From Lama guanicoe (lineage: Eukaryota): a stretch of DNA of 64,000 nt. The number at the start of each line of letters is the position of its first letter. Positions within the stretch are counted from its first letter, which is position 1. Positions 62,543 through 64,000 of this stretch are shown here, one piece after another. A program made the position numbers and the translations under genes. Location of the stretch: contig MU053933.1 in assembly GCA_013239625.1 (NCBI GenBank), positions 2,257,026 through 2,321,025 of the forward strand, written 5' to 3'. Below the pieces are notes generated by a model. It did no database searches. It was not told the origin of the DNA and saw only the letters and a program-made list of their open reading frames with translations.

Positions 62543-64000
62543 CCACAATGTTTATTGACATTTTATATTCATTAATTATAACCTGCGTTTTCACTTTTAA
62601 TGCGCACCTTTGAGTACTGTGAAAGGAAACAACTATTTGAAAACAATGAACAATTTTTTGTTGTTCGTTTTTGTATTTCACTTAGTTTATGGAAACGTAT
62701 TCAAGGGTTTACACTCTGAATACAACTGTGGCTTTTAGAAATATTTTAGAGCAACACTGTTAGTTGATATTAACGTAATGAAAATCTTGAGTGTAACATG
62801 ACTGGCGACTGAACATGTTGAAACGGGGGTAAGGAACACACGTTTGGGGGGTGAATGTGCAACGTGAGGACGCGCACGTCTGTGCTCCGGGCACGCCTGA
62901 CGTCCCCAGTGCAGACGGCCCAGACCCGCGCGACCACGGCCGAGCGCCAAGCGTGCTCTCCTGCTTTGCCCCACCCGCCACCTCCTCGTCCAGCTACAGG
63001 CAGACTTCACCGTGTCGCCGCGGTCTCTGTACTCTCCGTGTGCAGGCCTGGCGGGGCCCCTCACACGCTGGCTCTGAGCCCTCTGCCCTTCCCGGGGTGG
63101 GGGGTGGGGTTGCCATGGAGGGAGGGAGCCCACAGCTGAGGGGTTCCGGGGAGCAGAGCCCTGCAGCCCCTGCACTGGGACTGAGACGAGCAGGCCTGCC
63201 CCAGCCTGGTATGCGGTCCCTGCCTCGTTCGCCGGGCCTGTCCTGGCTCGCGGAGCACGTCCGCTGGGGACCCCGCGGCCACACGCAGAGTGAGCAGTCA
63301 CCTAGGCCAGACCCTGAGACCCTGCTGGGTCCCGCGCCAGGGGCCGCCCCTCCCTGGAGTGCTGGGCAGACCCCGGGGGCTGGCTGGGGTGTGACGTTGC
63401 ACCCAGTGACCCCCTTTGCCACCTGCAAGACGGCAGCAGGCGTGGGGAGGGGTCCGAGGCCCCCTGCTGAGGCTGCAGGGCCCGCTCTCCGCCGGGGGCA
63501 GCTGCCTCTCCCGCGGCCACGTCCACCTGGAGCCAGGCATGTGCAGGCTGGCAAATCACAGGTGATTCATGTGGCTAATTTATTTATGACAATCAGGCTA
63601 AATTTAGGTTAATTACTTTTTAATCATTCTCTCGAGGGTACATGAAAATACTTGAAGCCAGTCCACGAGGCGGAGCGCTGCCGGGGACGGAGTGCTATCT
63701 GATGGATGGGGTGCCAGTCGACGGGGACCGGGGCGGGGGCCAGGCCTCTGCGCTGCTCTGGGAGGGGCTGGGGGCCCTGGCGGGGATCCAGGCACTCAGA
63801 TGTGAAGGTGTGCCCCAGGGCACTTGTCTGCTTGCCCAGCCCCACGCCCCTCCCTGGATACACCTGGACATGGAGACCTGGGTCCCTGCAGTGAGCTCCC
63901 ACCCCAGCTCCTCCGTCTTGGCCCCCCATCCCACCCACGCTCTCCCACTCAGCTTCACTCTGGAATTGTCTGACTCCCTCAGCTGACTGGAGGTGCTGGG

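Noticed and set aside
43450..64000. Numerous 60-270 aa Pro/Gly/Arg-rich ORFs; possible exons of a neighbouring gene such as UBE2G2
   Set aside because: No recognisable protein similarity; such ORFs are expected in high-GC sequence poor in stop codons.

Overview
Mammalian genomic DNA, probably camelid (alpaca/camel), judged from the Vic-1-type tRNA-derived SINEs. The window contains the first coding exon of TSPEAR (minus strand, 42825-42909, phase-1 GT donor). Positions 1-42824 are therefore inferred to be TSPEAR intron 1, which holds a nested cluster of single-exon keratin-associated protein genes: three intact KRTAP10-type genes (+), two intact KRTAP12-type genes (one on each strand), one KRTAP12 pseudogene (-), and one highly divergent 102-aa Cys/Pro-rich KAP-like gene (24902-25210, +) under a KRTAP12-like promoter. 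A full-length SLC25A39 processed pseudogene with a 15-bp target-site duplication sits between them. The rest is L1, MaLR/ERV LTR, SINE and MER repeats, simple repeats, a 934-N assembly gap and GC-rich intergenic sequence upstream of TSPEAR. The main leads are the unclassified KAP-like gene, a CAG>TAG stop shared by all three KRTAP10 paralogs in front of the family's QKSxC tail (probably spread by gene conversion), Cys>Tyr erosion in the KRTAP12 copies, and a CCAAT-array solo LTR upstream of TSPEAR. All family assignments come from recalled sequence knowledge; no database search was run.
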